The notes under the pieces are model-generated. The model had not been told where the DNA came from and ran no database searches. It saw only the letters and a list, made by a program, of their open reading frames with translations. A stretch of DNA of 64,000 nt, taken from Phycisphaerales bacterium (lineage in GTDB: Bacteria > Planctomycetota > Phycisphaerae > Phycisphaerales > UBA1924). The position numbers and the translations under genes were made by a program. This document shows positions 25,860 to 33,680 of this stretch, one piece after another; the first letter of the stretch is position 1, and every line of letters starts with the position of its first letter. Location of the stretch: contig JAJDDN010000004.1 of the NCBI GenBank assembly GCA_029260295.1, positions 10,246 through 74,245 of the forward strand. The letters run 5' to 3'.

Positions 25860-27914
25860 ATGCCCCCAAACCTCACCCCCACCCCCATCCAAACCAAAGC
25901 CACCACCCTCCTCCTCCTCGCCCTCCTAACACTCCTAACCCCCCAATCCAAAGCCGACGGCGTCCTCTGCAACTCCAGAAATATACTTGCTTTGCACGAC
26001 ACGCCAGGAAATGCAAGAAATGTCACGCTCGTTGGCACCACAGCATATGTCGCCGATGCGAACTCGGGGTTCCAGATACTCGACATGACTGATCCGACCA
26101 CCCCAGTATTACTAGGGTCATACGACACACCCGGATTCGCAAGCCGTGTGACCATAGTGGGAACAACAGCTTATATTGCAGAAGGCGGGTCCGGGTTACA
26201 AATCCTCGATGTGTCCGACCCCACCGCAATCGTATTTCTCGGATCATTCGACACACCAGGATCAGTTCAGAGTGTTGCCGTTGTGGCCGAAACAGCATAC
26301 ATAGCTGATGGCGATTCCGGCTTGTTAATCCTTGATGTCAGCAATCCAGCAAGCCCGTCAGTGCTCGGGACATTAAGCGCATTCAACAGCAACTTCAGCG
26401 ACATCGTTGTCGTAGACACAATCGCTTACATCACGGACACATTCGAAGGCCTCCGGACTGTTGATATTAGCAACACCAATTCGCCATCGTTGCTCAACCT
26501 AAGAATCATTCAAGGTGCTTCAAAGGATGTGGAGGTCAAAAATTCCGTCGCGTACATCGCAACAACAAACAACGGATTGTTGATATTGGATGTTTCAGAC
26601 CCGTCTTCGCCACAGTTTTTAGCAGCACGGGATACAAACGGAATAGCAGTTTCCGTTACCGTACAAGACACAGTCGCATATGTGTCCGATGGTGATCTGG
26701 GCGTGCTTCTTTATGATGTAAGCAATCCAGCTTCACCTGTCCACATCGGTTCCTATGACACACCCAACAGTGCCCTAGCGGTCGCAACAGATGGAGTCAT
26801 TGCCTATGTCGCCAATGGCTTGGCAGGTATCCAAATTATAGATGTCAGCAATCCCTCTCAGGATTCAATCGTTGGAACATATCCCCTATCCGATGCAACT
26901 GAAATCGATATGGTTGGCAATGTGTCATTTGTCTTACGAACTTTCGCAGGCATGCGAATAATTGATGTCAACAATCCAGCAACACCAACCTTGCTCGGTT
27001 CATACGACAAGCCCGGTTTCAGAGTGTATACAGGAATCTCAGTTGTTGAAAACACTGCATACATCACCGATACAACATCAGGACTTCAGATTGTAGATGT
27101 TTCCGATCCCGAAAATCCTGTTTTCGTCAACTCCTTGAGCTTGCCCAGTAGCCCATCCGATGTGACCGTCGTCGGCTCAACCGCCTTTGTAGTGTCAGGG
27201 TCAACAGGATTGCATCTCGTTGATGTGAGTGATCATTCATCACCGTTCCTGATCAGTTCTATTGATACACCAGGCTTCGCAAGCCATGTTGCTTTAGCAG
27301 GATCAAACGCATTCATAGCAGATGACGACAACGGCTTAGTAATCATCAGCTTGAAAAACCAAGCGAACCCAGTCATCCTCGGCACATACAACACCCCCGG
27401 CGATGCCACAAGTGTCTTTGTAGTAGGCTCCATTGCCTATGTTGCCGATCGCCTTTCAGGCTTGCAATTAATCGATGTATCGAATCCTGCAACTCCAGAA
27501 CTACTCGGATCATACGACACTCCAAGCGAAGCAAGAAGTGTTGTAGTCTCAAATACAACCGCCTACATCGCAGATTTCACCGCAGGCCTGCACATAATCG
27601 ATGTTCAAAACCCACAATCTCCCGTTCATCTGGCATCCAAAGACACCCCCAACAGAGCCACTAGTCTGGTTCTAAACGATTCATTCGTATTCATTGCCGA
27701 TGATGACGCAGGCCTCCAAATCATCGACATCTCCGACTGCCCCCCATGCCCCGCAGACCTCAACAACGACAACACCCTCGACTTCTTCGACATCTCAACA
27801 TTCCTCACCGCCTTCTCAGCATCCGACCCCGTCGCAGACTTCTCCCAAGACGGCCAATACGACTTCTTCGACATCGCCGCATTCCTCACCGCCTTCTCCG
27901 CCGGCTGCCCCTAA
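25860..27914 (+). CDS. LVIVD-repeat beta-propeller protein with C-terminal GCP-terminated dockerin-like anchor
   Basis: Signal peptide MPPNLTPTPIQTKATTLLLLALLTLLTPQSKA (internal ATG 25860). About 14 repeats of the form AY(V/I)AD...GL.I(L/I)DVS(N/D)P..P..LGSYDTPG. The tail is CPADLNNDNTLDFFDISTFLTAFSASDPVADFSQDGQYDFFDIAAFLTAFSAGCP. Confidence 0.8.
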   Translation: MPPNLTPTPIQTKATTLLLLALLTLLTPQSKADGVLCNSRNILALHDTPGNARNVTLVGTTAYVADANSGFQILDMTDPTTPVLLGSYDTPGFASRVTIVGTTAYIAEGGSGLQILDVSDPTAIVFLGSFDTPGSVQSVAVVAETAYIADGDSGLLILDVSNPASPSVLGTLSAFNSNFSDIVVVDTIAYITDTFEGLRTVDISNTNSPSLLNLRIIQGASKDVEVKNSVAYIATTNNGLLILDVSDPSSPQFLAARDTNGIAVSVTVQDTVAYVSDGDLGVLLYDVSNPASPVHIGSYDTPNSALAVATDGVIAYVANGLAGIQIIDVSNPSQDSIVGTYPLSDATEIDMVGNVSFVLRTFAGMRIIDVNNPATPTLLGSYDKPGFRVYTGISVVENTAYITDTTSGLQIVDVSDPENPVFVNSLSLPSSPSDVTVVGSTAFVVSGSTGLHLVDVSDHSSPFLISSIDTPGFASHVALAGSNAFIADDDNGLVIISLKNQANPVILGTYNTPGDATSVFVVGSIAYVADRLSGLQLIDVSNPATPELLGSYDTPSEARSVVVSNTTAYIADFTAGLHIIDVQNPQSPVHLASKDTPNRATSLVLNDSFVFIADDDAGLQIIDISDCPPCPADLNNDNTLDFFDISTFLTAFSASDPVADFSQDGQYDFFDIAAFLTAFSAGCP

Positions 27915-27970
27915 ACCCCCCAGCCCCCCATCCACCACATTCTCTCTCCCGAGTAGCGAATGCCGGGTGC

Positions 27971-28010
27971 CACTGCTTGACCGTCCTCGGCAAGCAGTGT
28001 CTTTTCTTCT
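27971..28010 (+). terminator. intrinsic terminator after the LVIVD gene
   Basis: CACTGCTTG-11 nt-CAAGCAGTG followed by TCTTTTCTTCT. Confidence 0.6.
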
Positions 28011-28057
28011 CCAAAGATGACAATTGGCAAATCACCCCTCCCCCCCTACAATCCCCC

Positions 28058-29440
28058 ATGACCACCAAAACCCCCACCGATACAACAGTTCTCAACTCCT
28101 ACAACCCCTCCACAGGCCAGCTCGTCGGCTCTGTCCCGGTCACCCCGGTCTCGCAAATCGAAGACATCATCGCCAAAGCAAACGCCGCACTCCCTGCATG
28201 GCAAGCCATGACCCCCCAACAACGAGCCGACATCCTCAAACCAGCAGGCAAAGTTCTCGCCGACCGCGCCGAAGAACTCGGCAAACTCCTCTCCCTCGAA
28301 CAAGGCAAACCACTCGCAGAAGGCATCGGCGAAGTCAGCGGCTGCGCTTCCCGCATGGACTGGGAAAACGACGAGGTCGCCAGCGCCGTCCAACCAGAAA
28401 TCCTCAAATCCGACGGCATCGAATCCACAATCCACTACGACGGCTACGGCGTATGCGCCGCCATCACCCCGTGGAACTTCCCGCTCCTCATGCCGCACTG
28501 GACAATCATCCCCGCGCTCATCGCCGGAAACACCGTCATCTCCAAACCCTCAGAGCAAACCCCGCTCATCGCTGACGAGTATGTCAAAATCCTCAACCAG
28601 TTCCTCCCCGATGGCGTCCTCCAAATAGTCCACGGCGAGGACGACCAAGGCAAAGCACTCGTCGCCGGAGACATCCACCTCATCGCATTCACCGGCTCCA
28701 AAAACGCCGGCCAGCACATCATGGCCGCCGCCGCCAATGGACTCAAACGCCTCATCCTAGAACTCGGCTCCAAAGACCCAATGATCGTACTCCAAGGCGC
28801 CGACCTCGACAAAGCCGCAAAGTTCGGTGTCAACAACGCCATCAGAAACTGCGGCCAGGTCTGCGTCTCCACCGAACGCTTCTATGTCCAAGACTCCATC
28901 AAGGCCGAGTTCATCAGCAAACTCGCCGAGGAGTTCAAAAACTTCCCGGTCGGCGACTGCAACGACGAAGCCGCCACAGTCGGCCCGATGGTCATGCGCG
29001 AACAAAAAGACCATGTCGTCGCCCAGATCCAAGACGCCATCACCAAGGGCGCCAAGGTTATCCTCGGAAACGAACCCATGGACGGCAACTTCATCTCCCC
29101 CACCATCCTCGACAACTGTAACCACAGCATGGACATCATGACCGTCGAGACCTTCGGCCCGGTCATTTGCATCGCGACCGTCAAAGACGCCGACGAAGCC
29201 GTCGCCCTCGCCAATGATACAGAATACGGCCTCGGAGCCGTCGTCTATGGGGAAGAAACCATCGCCCGGAAGGCCGCCAACCAGCTCACCGCCGGGATGA
29301 TCGGGGTCAACAAAGGCATCGGCGGCGCGACCGGCACCCCTTGGGTCGGAGCACGCCATTCTGGATTCTCCTACCACAAAGGCCCGATGGGCCACCGCCA
29401 GTTCTGCCAGGTTCGGGTGGTGAGCATCAACGCCGAGTGA
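28058..29440 (+). CDS. NAD(P)-dependent aldehyde dehydrogenase family protein
   Basis: ITPWNFPL, FTGSKNAG, ELGSKDP, catalytic-Cys region NCGQVCVSTERF, EEFGPV-type ETFGPV. The internal ATG at 28058 removes a low-complexity N-terminal extension of the ORF. Confidence 0.9.
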   Translation: MTTKTPTDTTVLNSYNPSTGQLVGSVPVTPVSQIEDIIAKANAALPAWQAMTPQQRADILKPAGKVLADRAEELGKLLSLEQGKPLAEGIGEVSGCASRMDWENDEVASAVQPEILKSDGIESTIHYDGYGVCAAITPWNFPLLMPHWTIIPALIAGNTVISKPSEQTPLIADEYVKILNQFLPDGVLQIVHGEDDQGKALVAGDIHLIAFTGSKNAGQHIMAAAANGLKRLILELGSKDPMIVLQGADLDKAAKFGVNNAIRNCGQVCVSTERFYVQDSIKAEFISKLAEEFKNFPVGDCNDEAATVGPMVMREQKDHVVAQIQDAITKGAKVILGNEPMDGNFISPTILDNCNHSMDIMTVETFGPVICIATVKDADEAVALANDTEYGLGAVVYGEETIARKAANQLTAGMIGVNKGIGGATGTPWVGARHSGFSYHKGPMGHRQFCQVRVVSINAE

Positions 29441-29455
29441 TCCGATCCGGTATGC

Positions 29456-31693
29456 TTGGCTATGCCCAGCGTGATGAGTGATCTCACAACAACCATGAGT
29501 CAGCGTGCCAAGTCTGCTATTGAGCGGATGGGTAGTGAATTGTTGTCGTCACGCACGGGAACGAGTGATCTTGATATTGACCGGCTGGGATTTGAGTTGC
29601 GGGTGGTGCTTCAGCGGATTTTGATACTTGATCGTGTGGGAATGCTGGGTGCCGATCTGACTTGGGAGAAGTTGTTGGATATGGATCTGGAACGGCAATT
29701 GTTCCACGTGGAACAATTGCCTAAGGACCGGATTTGGTCGGGGGATTGGGTGGGTCTTGTGCGGCGGGAGTTTGGCTTGTCCGGCGGGAAATGGTTTGAT
29801 GAAATCGTCGAATTGGTTCGGGGGGATTCGGTGGAGATGGGGGCGGTGGATGAGTCATTGATGGGGTGGGTGGCTCGGATTGAGGATGGTCAGTTTGTGT
29901 TGGTTGCCGAGGATGATTCTGATCGGAAGGTTGGGGGGGTGTTTTATACGCCGGCTTCTGTGGTTGGGTATGTGCTGGACCGGGCACTCTCGCCTGCGAT
30001 TGATGGGTGCGGGAAAGATGTGAATCGGTTGCTTGGTTTGCGGGTGTGTGATCCGGCGTGTGGGTGCGGGTATTTTTTGATTGAATCTGCTCGGCGGATT
30101 TCGGCTGCGATTGAAGTGGCCGGGGGTGGTGATCGGTATTCAGATGTGATCCGGGGGTGTGTGTTTGGGGGCGATGTGAATCGGATGACGGTGGAGGTGT
30201 GCCGATGGTTGTTGTGGCTTGAGGTTTCGGATAGGTCGATTTCGGTTGATGAGCTTCGGCGGAATGTGGTGTGCGGCGATGGGTTGGTTGACGAGGATAC
30301 ATTTGGAAAAAATGGGAATGGGGGGTTTGATGTGGTGGTTGGGAATCCTCCGTTTTTGAATCAGCTGGGGTCTGGGACGGCGCGGTCGGCGGAGCGGGTC
30401 AAGCGGCTTCGCAAGCGTGGGCTTGTTGGAGGGGCGGCGTATACGGATGAGGCTTCTGCGTTCTTTGTGCTGGGGTTGGGGATGGTGGGTGGGATCGAGG
30501 AGCAGAAAGAAAGACCCCCTCCGTCTGCGAAGACGCAGACACCTCCCCCGGAGGCCCGGGGGAGGCGGAAGATTGGGCGGGTGTGTATGGTGCAGCCGCA
30601 GTCGGTGGTGGCTACTCGGGGCGGGGCCTTTGCGCGGGCGAGGGTTGCTGAGATGGGGAGTTTGGAATCGTTGTGGGTTTCCAATGAGCATGTGTTTGGG
30701 GATGCGAGTGTGTATACATGTGCGCCTTGTGTGGTGGTTGGGGGAGAGGGAGAAACTCGGTCGGTTCAAAGACCACTCCCTGACGGTCGCGGCTCGTTGA
30801 AGAGTGGAGCGGGAGTTGTGCGGCGGTTTTCTGGTGGTGGGTTTGTTGAGCATGAGCCGTTGGTTATTTCGAGCGACGAGATTGGGGGGCTTGCGACTTG
30901 GTCTTCTATTGCGGCGGTGACGATGGGGGTTCCTGAGATTGGGATTGAGTCGGCGGGGGTTGTTGGTGATATGGCGACGGCGACTGCGGATTTCCGGGAT
31001 GAGTACTACGGGCTTGTGGGGAAGTTGGTTGAGGATTCAGACTGTCGTGATCTGGAGGGATCGCCTGCGGTGCTGACTACGGGGCTTGTCGATTTGGGGG
31101 TGAACCACTGGGGGCGTAAGGCGACGCGGATTCATAAGGAGCGATGGGAATCGCCTCGGGTTGGGGCGGCTGGGATTGTTGGGGATGCTCGGCTTTCAAA
31201 GTGGGTGGCGGCTCGGCGTGTGGAGAAGGTTGTGGTGGCGACGCAGACGAAGGTAGTGGAGGCGTTTGTGGATGCGACGGGGGAGTTTGTTGTTTTGACG
31301 CCGATGATTTCGGTGATGTTTCGGAATGAAGACATGCAGGAGCCGAAGACGGCACCTACATGGCACCCAGAGAAGAGTGTTTGGATGATTGGGGCGGCGA
31401 TCGGGTCGCCGGTGTGTAGTGCCTTTGCGATGCGGTTCTTTGGGGGGGCGGCGATGCATGCCGATGCGCTCAAGATGAGTGCTCGGCAGGTGATGGAGTT
31501 GCCGCTGCCGGCTGATGGTGCGGGATGGTCAGCAGGGGCCGAGGCCTTTGAACGGGTGCACAGTGCTTGTGGCGATGAATATGACCGTGCGATCACAGAG
31601 TTTGGGGAAGTTATGTGCGGGGCGTATGGGGTTGAGGGGGATGATTTGGAGGGGTTGATGGGGTGGTGGCTTGGGCGGCTGGGGATCGGGTGA
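29456..31693 (+). CDS. Eco57I/type IIG-like N6-adenine DNA methyltransferase (no nuclease domain recognised), solitary
   Basis: GGVFYTPASVVGYVLD, SAM motif I VCDPACGCGYFL, catalytic motif IV VVGNPPF. The long C-terminal region is plausibly a target-recognition domain. Carries an in-frame element copy. Confidence 0.75.
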   Translation: MAMPSVMSDLTTTMSQRAKSAIERMGSELLSSRTGTSDLDIDRLGFELRVVLQRILILDRVGMLGADLTWEKLLDMDLERQLFHVEQLPKDRIWSGDWVGLVRREFGLSGGKWFDEIVELVRGDSVEMGAVDESLMGWVARIEDGQFVLVAEDDSDRKVGGVFYTPASVVGYVLDRALSPAIDGCGKDVNRLLGLRVCDPACGCGYFLIESARRISAAIEVAGGGDRYSDVIRGCVFGGDVNRMTVEVCRWLLWLEVSDRSISVDELRRNVVCGDGLVDEDTFGKNGNGGFDVVVGNPPFLNQLGSGTARSAERVKRLRKRGLVGGAAYTDEASAFFVLGLGMVGGIEEQKERPPPSAKTQTPPPEARGRRKIGRVCMVQPQSVVATRGGAFARARVAEMGSLESLWVSNEHVFGDASVYTCAPCVVVGGEGETRSVQRPLPDGRGSLKSGAGVVRRFSGGGFVEHEPLVISSDEIGGLATWSSIAAVTMGVPEIGIESAGVVGDMATATADFRDEYYGLVGKLVEDSDCRDLEGSPAVLTTGLVDLGVNHWGRKATRIHKERWESPRVGAAGIVGDARLSKWVAARRVEKVVVATQTKVVEAFVDATGEFVVLTPMISVMFRNEDMQEPKTAPTWHPEKSVWMIGAAIGSPVCSAFAMRFFGGAAMHADALKMSARQVMELPLPADGAGWSAGAEAFERVHSACGDEYDRAITEFGEVMCGAYGVEGDDLEGLMGWWLGRLGIG
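30497..30571 (+). repeat. palindromic G/C-rich element, copy 4 (in-frame inside the methyltransferase, opposite genomic orientation)
   Basis: GAGGAGCAGAAAGAAAGACCCCCTCCGTCTGCGAAGACGCAGACACCTCCCCCGGAGGCCCGGGGGAGGCGGAAG. Hairpins GTCTGCG/CGCAGAC and CCTCCCCCGG/CCGGGGGAGG. Translates as EEQKERPPPSAKTQTPPPEARGRRK. Confidence 0.75.
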
Positions 31694-31756
31694 GGAATCT
31701 TGGTCAGTTTGGGAATAACCAAGGATTGGATTGTGTTTGCAATGGTGTAGATATGT

Positions 31757-31813
31757 CCTGTGCGTGAGGCCCGGGCGTGGCTTTAGTCGCGGCTCGGGCC
31801 TCTCTTTTTTTGG
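31757..31813 (+). terminator. hairpin plus T-run (intrinsic terminator after the methyltransferase); copy 1 of a repeated ~55-bp element
   Basis: CCTGTGCGTGAGGCCCGGGCGTGGCTTTAGTCGCGGCTCGGGCCTCTCTTTTTTTGG. Outer stem GAGGCCCG/CGGGCCTC. Seven Ts. Confidence 0.65.
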
Positions 31814-31903
31814 ACTGATTTGAAGACGCCTCTCAATGCGGGGGCTGAGTTTGAACTTGAACGAGATTGCATGGGTGTTATGGCTTTGGTGCCGATGATG
31901 TCA

Positions 31904-33598
31904 TTATCTATCGGCCCGCACAAAGATGATGATCTCGGGGCCTGCTGGCGAGGGGATGCTTGCGATTTCTTTGAGCGATGGATCGGCCCTGATTATTTCG
32001 AGTAGTTGTGCGGTAGCTTGGTCGCCTTGATAACGGTGGATGAGTGGGCGGCCTTGCTCGTCGGCTACGCCTGGTTCATTGGCGACGATGAGGTGGGCTT
32101 TGGCGATCCGCTGGGTGTGGTATTCTGGATTTTCAATAAAGGTGCCGTGGCTGAAGTGCCAGTTGCTGTGACCCTCTAGGAGGATTAGGTACGCGAGGGT
32201 GTCTTTGTTGACATAGCCGGAGGTGGTGAGGTAGACCTGGACCTCGCCGGGTTTTCCGCTGGCTTTGAGGGCTTGATCGGCGAGGGGGCGTGCGTCGACC
32301 AGCTCCTGGGCGACGCTGCGCGCCATGGCGTCGGAGGCGGCTGGATCGAAGCCGGGGCGGCTTGTGGGGGTGATGGCGCCGGGGGTGTTGCGTGGGAAAT
32401 CAAACGCGGCGACCGACCACACGATCAGCGTGATCGAAACGACGAGCCCCACTGCTCGGTGGAGTCTGTTGATTGTACTTTGCTGGTGGGCCAGCATGTG
32501 GCGCAACCCAATTATCGCGATGATCAGCACAAGCACCCCGAAGACGAGGGCAAAGTATGGGTTCTTGGTGGCGTTGGTCGCGGGGATTATTAAACACCCA
32601 AATGACACGATCCAGAGCTGGATGATGTAGTGCTTGAGGGCACGCTGGCGGGCGAGGATGACCGAGAGTGTGCCTGCAGCGGCGAGGATGAGAATCGGGA
32701 GGAGCTGGCGTCCGAAGACGAGGGTGCCGCCCTGGCCCCTGAGGAAGTAGTCGATGTTCTCGAATCCTGCGAGGTTGCGGTCCCAGTTTTTGGCGCGGTC
32801 GCCGAAGGTGTTTTCCCAGAAATAGTTGAAGTAGAGGAGCCCGAAGCGGGCGAAATGTGCGCTGGCGATCACTGTGGAGATCGACGCGGTGAGGGCGATG
32901 TTGATCAGGAGATCTCTGTATTTTGAGTCGGGGTCTTTGCGGCATTGATAGATTTCGCGGAGGGTCATGATCAGACCCGCGATGCCGACATAGACGATGG
33001 TGGCGGCGAAGATGTGGGGCTTGGCGAGCAATGCGATCCCGGTGAGGACGCCTGCGATGACGGCGGCTTTGCGCGTCGCGGGCGATGCGTTGATCATGAG
33101 CACCGCGAGGATTGCGCCTGCGGTTGCGAAGGCGGCGGCGAAGTCTGGGCGGAAGTCGGTGATGGTGTGGCCCATCAATGGGAGACAGAGGGCGACGATC
33201 CAGCACGAGGACTTGACGCGGAGTGATGCGTTTGGGGTGATCCAGTCGATCAGGGCGAGCATCGCGAGGATGAGCAGGGCGTTGATTGCGTAGGTGGACC
33301 ATGGGGCGGGACCCAAGAGCAGGTAGCCGAGGGTTGAGGCGGAAACGCTCCAGGTGGAGAGCATGGCTTTGATGAATGCGAGGGGATCGCCTGAACGGAT
33401 TGCTTGGAGCTGGGTGAGGGCGTCGAGATGGTGGACGACATCGTCGTATTGCGGGAGAGCGGAGAGGCGTCCGACGGCGAGGGATTGCTGGATTTGGATG
33501 AGTGTGAAGAGTGCTGTGAGGGGGATGGCTAGGGCAAGGCGTTTGTAGAATGGTTGTGGCGGATGATCGGATGTGATTATGGTGGTAAAGATGTTCAT
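31904..33598 (-). CDS. polytopic membrane glycosyltransferase, GT39/ArnT-like (tentative)
   Basis: More than 10 TM helices followed by a ~170-aa soluble C-terminal domain, an architecture typical of ArnT/PMT-type lipid-linked sugar transferases. Start chosen at ATG 33598, preceded by GGAGA. The family call is not motif-proven. Confidence 0.5.
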   Translation of the reverse strand: MNIFTTIITSDHPPQPFYKRLALAIPLTALFTLIQIQQSLAVGRLSALPQYDDVVHHLDALTQLQAIRSGDPLAFIKAMLSTWSVSASTLGYLLLGPAPWSTYAINALLILAMLALIDWITPNASLRVKSSCWIVALCLPLMGHTITDFRPDFAAAFATAGAILAVLMINASPATRKAAVIAGVLTGIALLAKPHIFAATIVYVGIAGLIMTLREIYQCRKDPDSKYRDLLINIALTASISTVIASAHFARFGLLYFNYFWENTFGDRAKNWDRNLAGFENIDYFLRGQGGTLVFGRQLLPILILAAAGTLSVILARQRALKHYIIQLWIVSFGCLIIPATNATKNPYFALVFGVLVLIIAIIGLRHMLAHQQSTINRLHRAVGLVVSITLIVWSVAAFDFPRNTPGAITPTSRPGFDPAASDAMARSVAQELVDARPLADQALKASGKPGEVQVYLTTSGYVNKDTLAYLILLEGHSNWHFSHGTFIENPEYHTQRIAKAHLIVANEPGVADEQGRPLIHRYQGDQATAQLLEIIRADPSLKEIASIPSPAGPEIIIFVRADR

Positions 33599-33680
33599 GC
33601 CAACGGTCTCCGCTTGGTTTGCAGTGTAGCGGATTGGTTGACATGTCACGGGCTCTATGGGCGTGATTCTTGGGTGGGGA

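Noticed and set aside
25571-26155. 194-aa minus-strand ORF upstream of mrdA
   Set aside because: It is Gly/Arg/Trp-rich and low-complexity. It is made largely of the palindromic element and the antisense of the LVIVD signal peptide, so I treat the region as intergenic.
27746-28057. N-terminal 104-aa extension of the aldehyde dehydrogenase ORF
   Set aside because: The extension is Arg/Pro/Leu low-complexity sequence read through the LVIVD tail and its terminator. The conserved protein begins at MTTKTP (28058).
29380-29520. oriC at the skew switch
   Set aside because: Only 15 bp are non-coding here, and I found no cluster of TTATCCACA-like boxes or an AT-rich unwinding element nearby. I keep it as a polarity-switch finding, not as an origin feature.
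20541-30571. CRISPR-like interpretation of the recurring palindromic element
   Set aside because: The copies are kilobases apart, lie inside genes, have no regular spacers and no cas genes are present. They are dispersed REP/RPE-like repeats, not an array.
30140-30853. 237-aa minus-strand ORF antisense to the methyltransferase
   Set aside because: An antisense low-complexity frame. The plus frame has the DPACG.G and NPPF motifs.
32400-33644. 414-aa alternative minus-strand frame within the GT39-like gene
   Set aside because: It is Pro/Arg/His-rich and low-complexity. The other minus frame gives regular TM helices.
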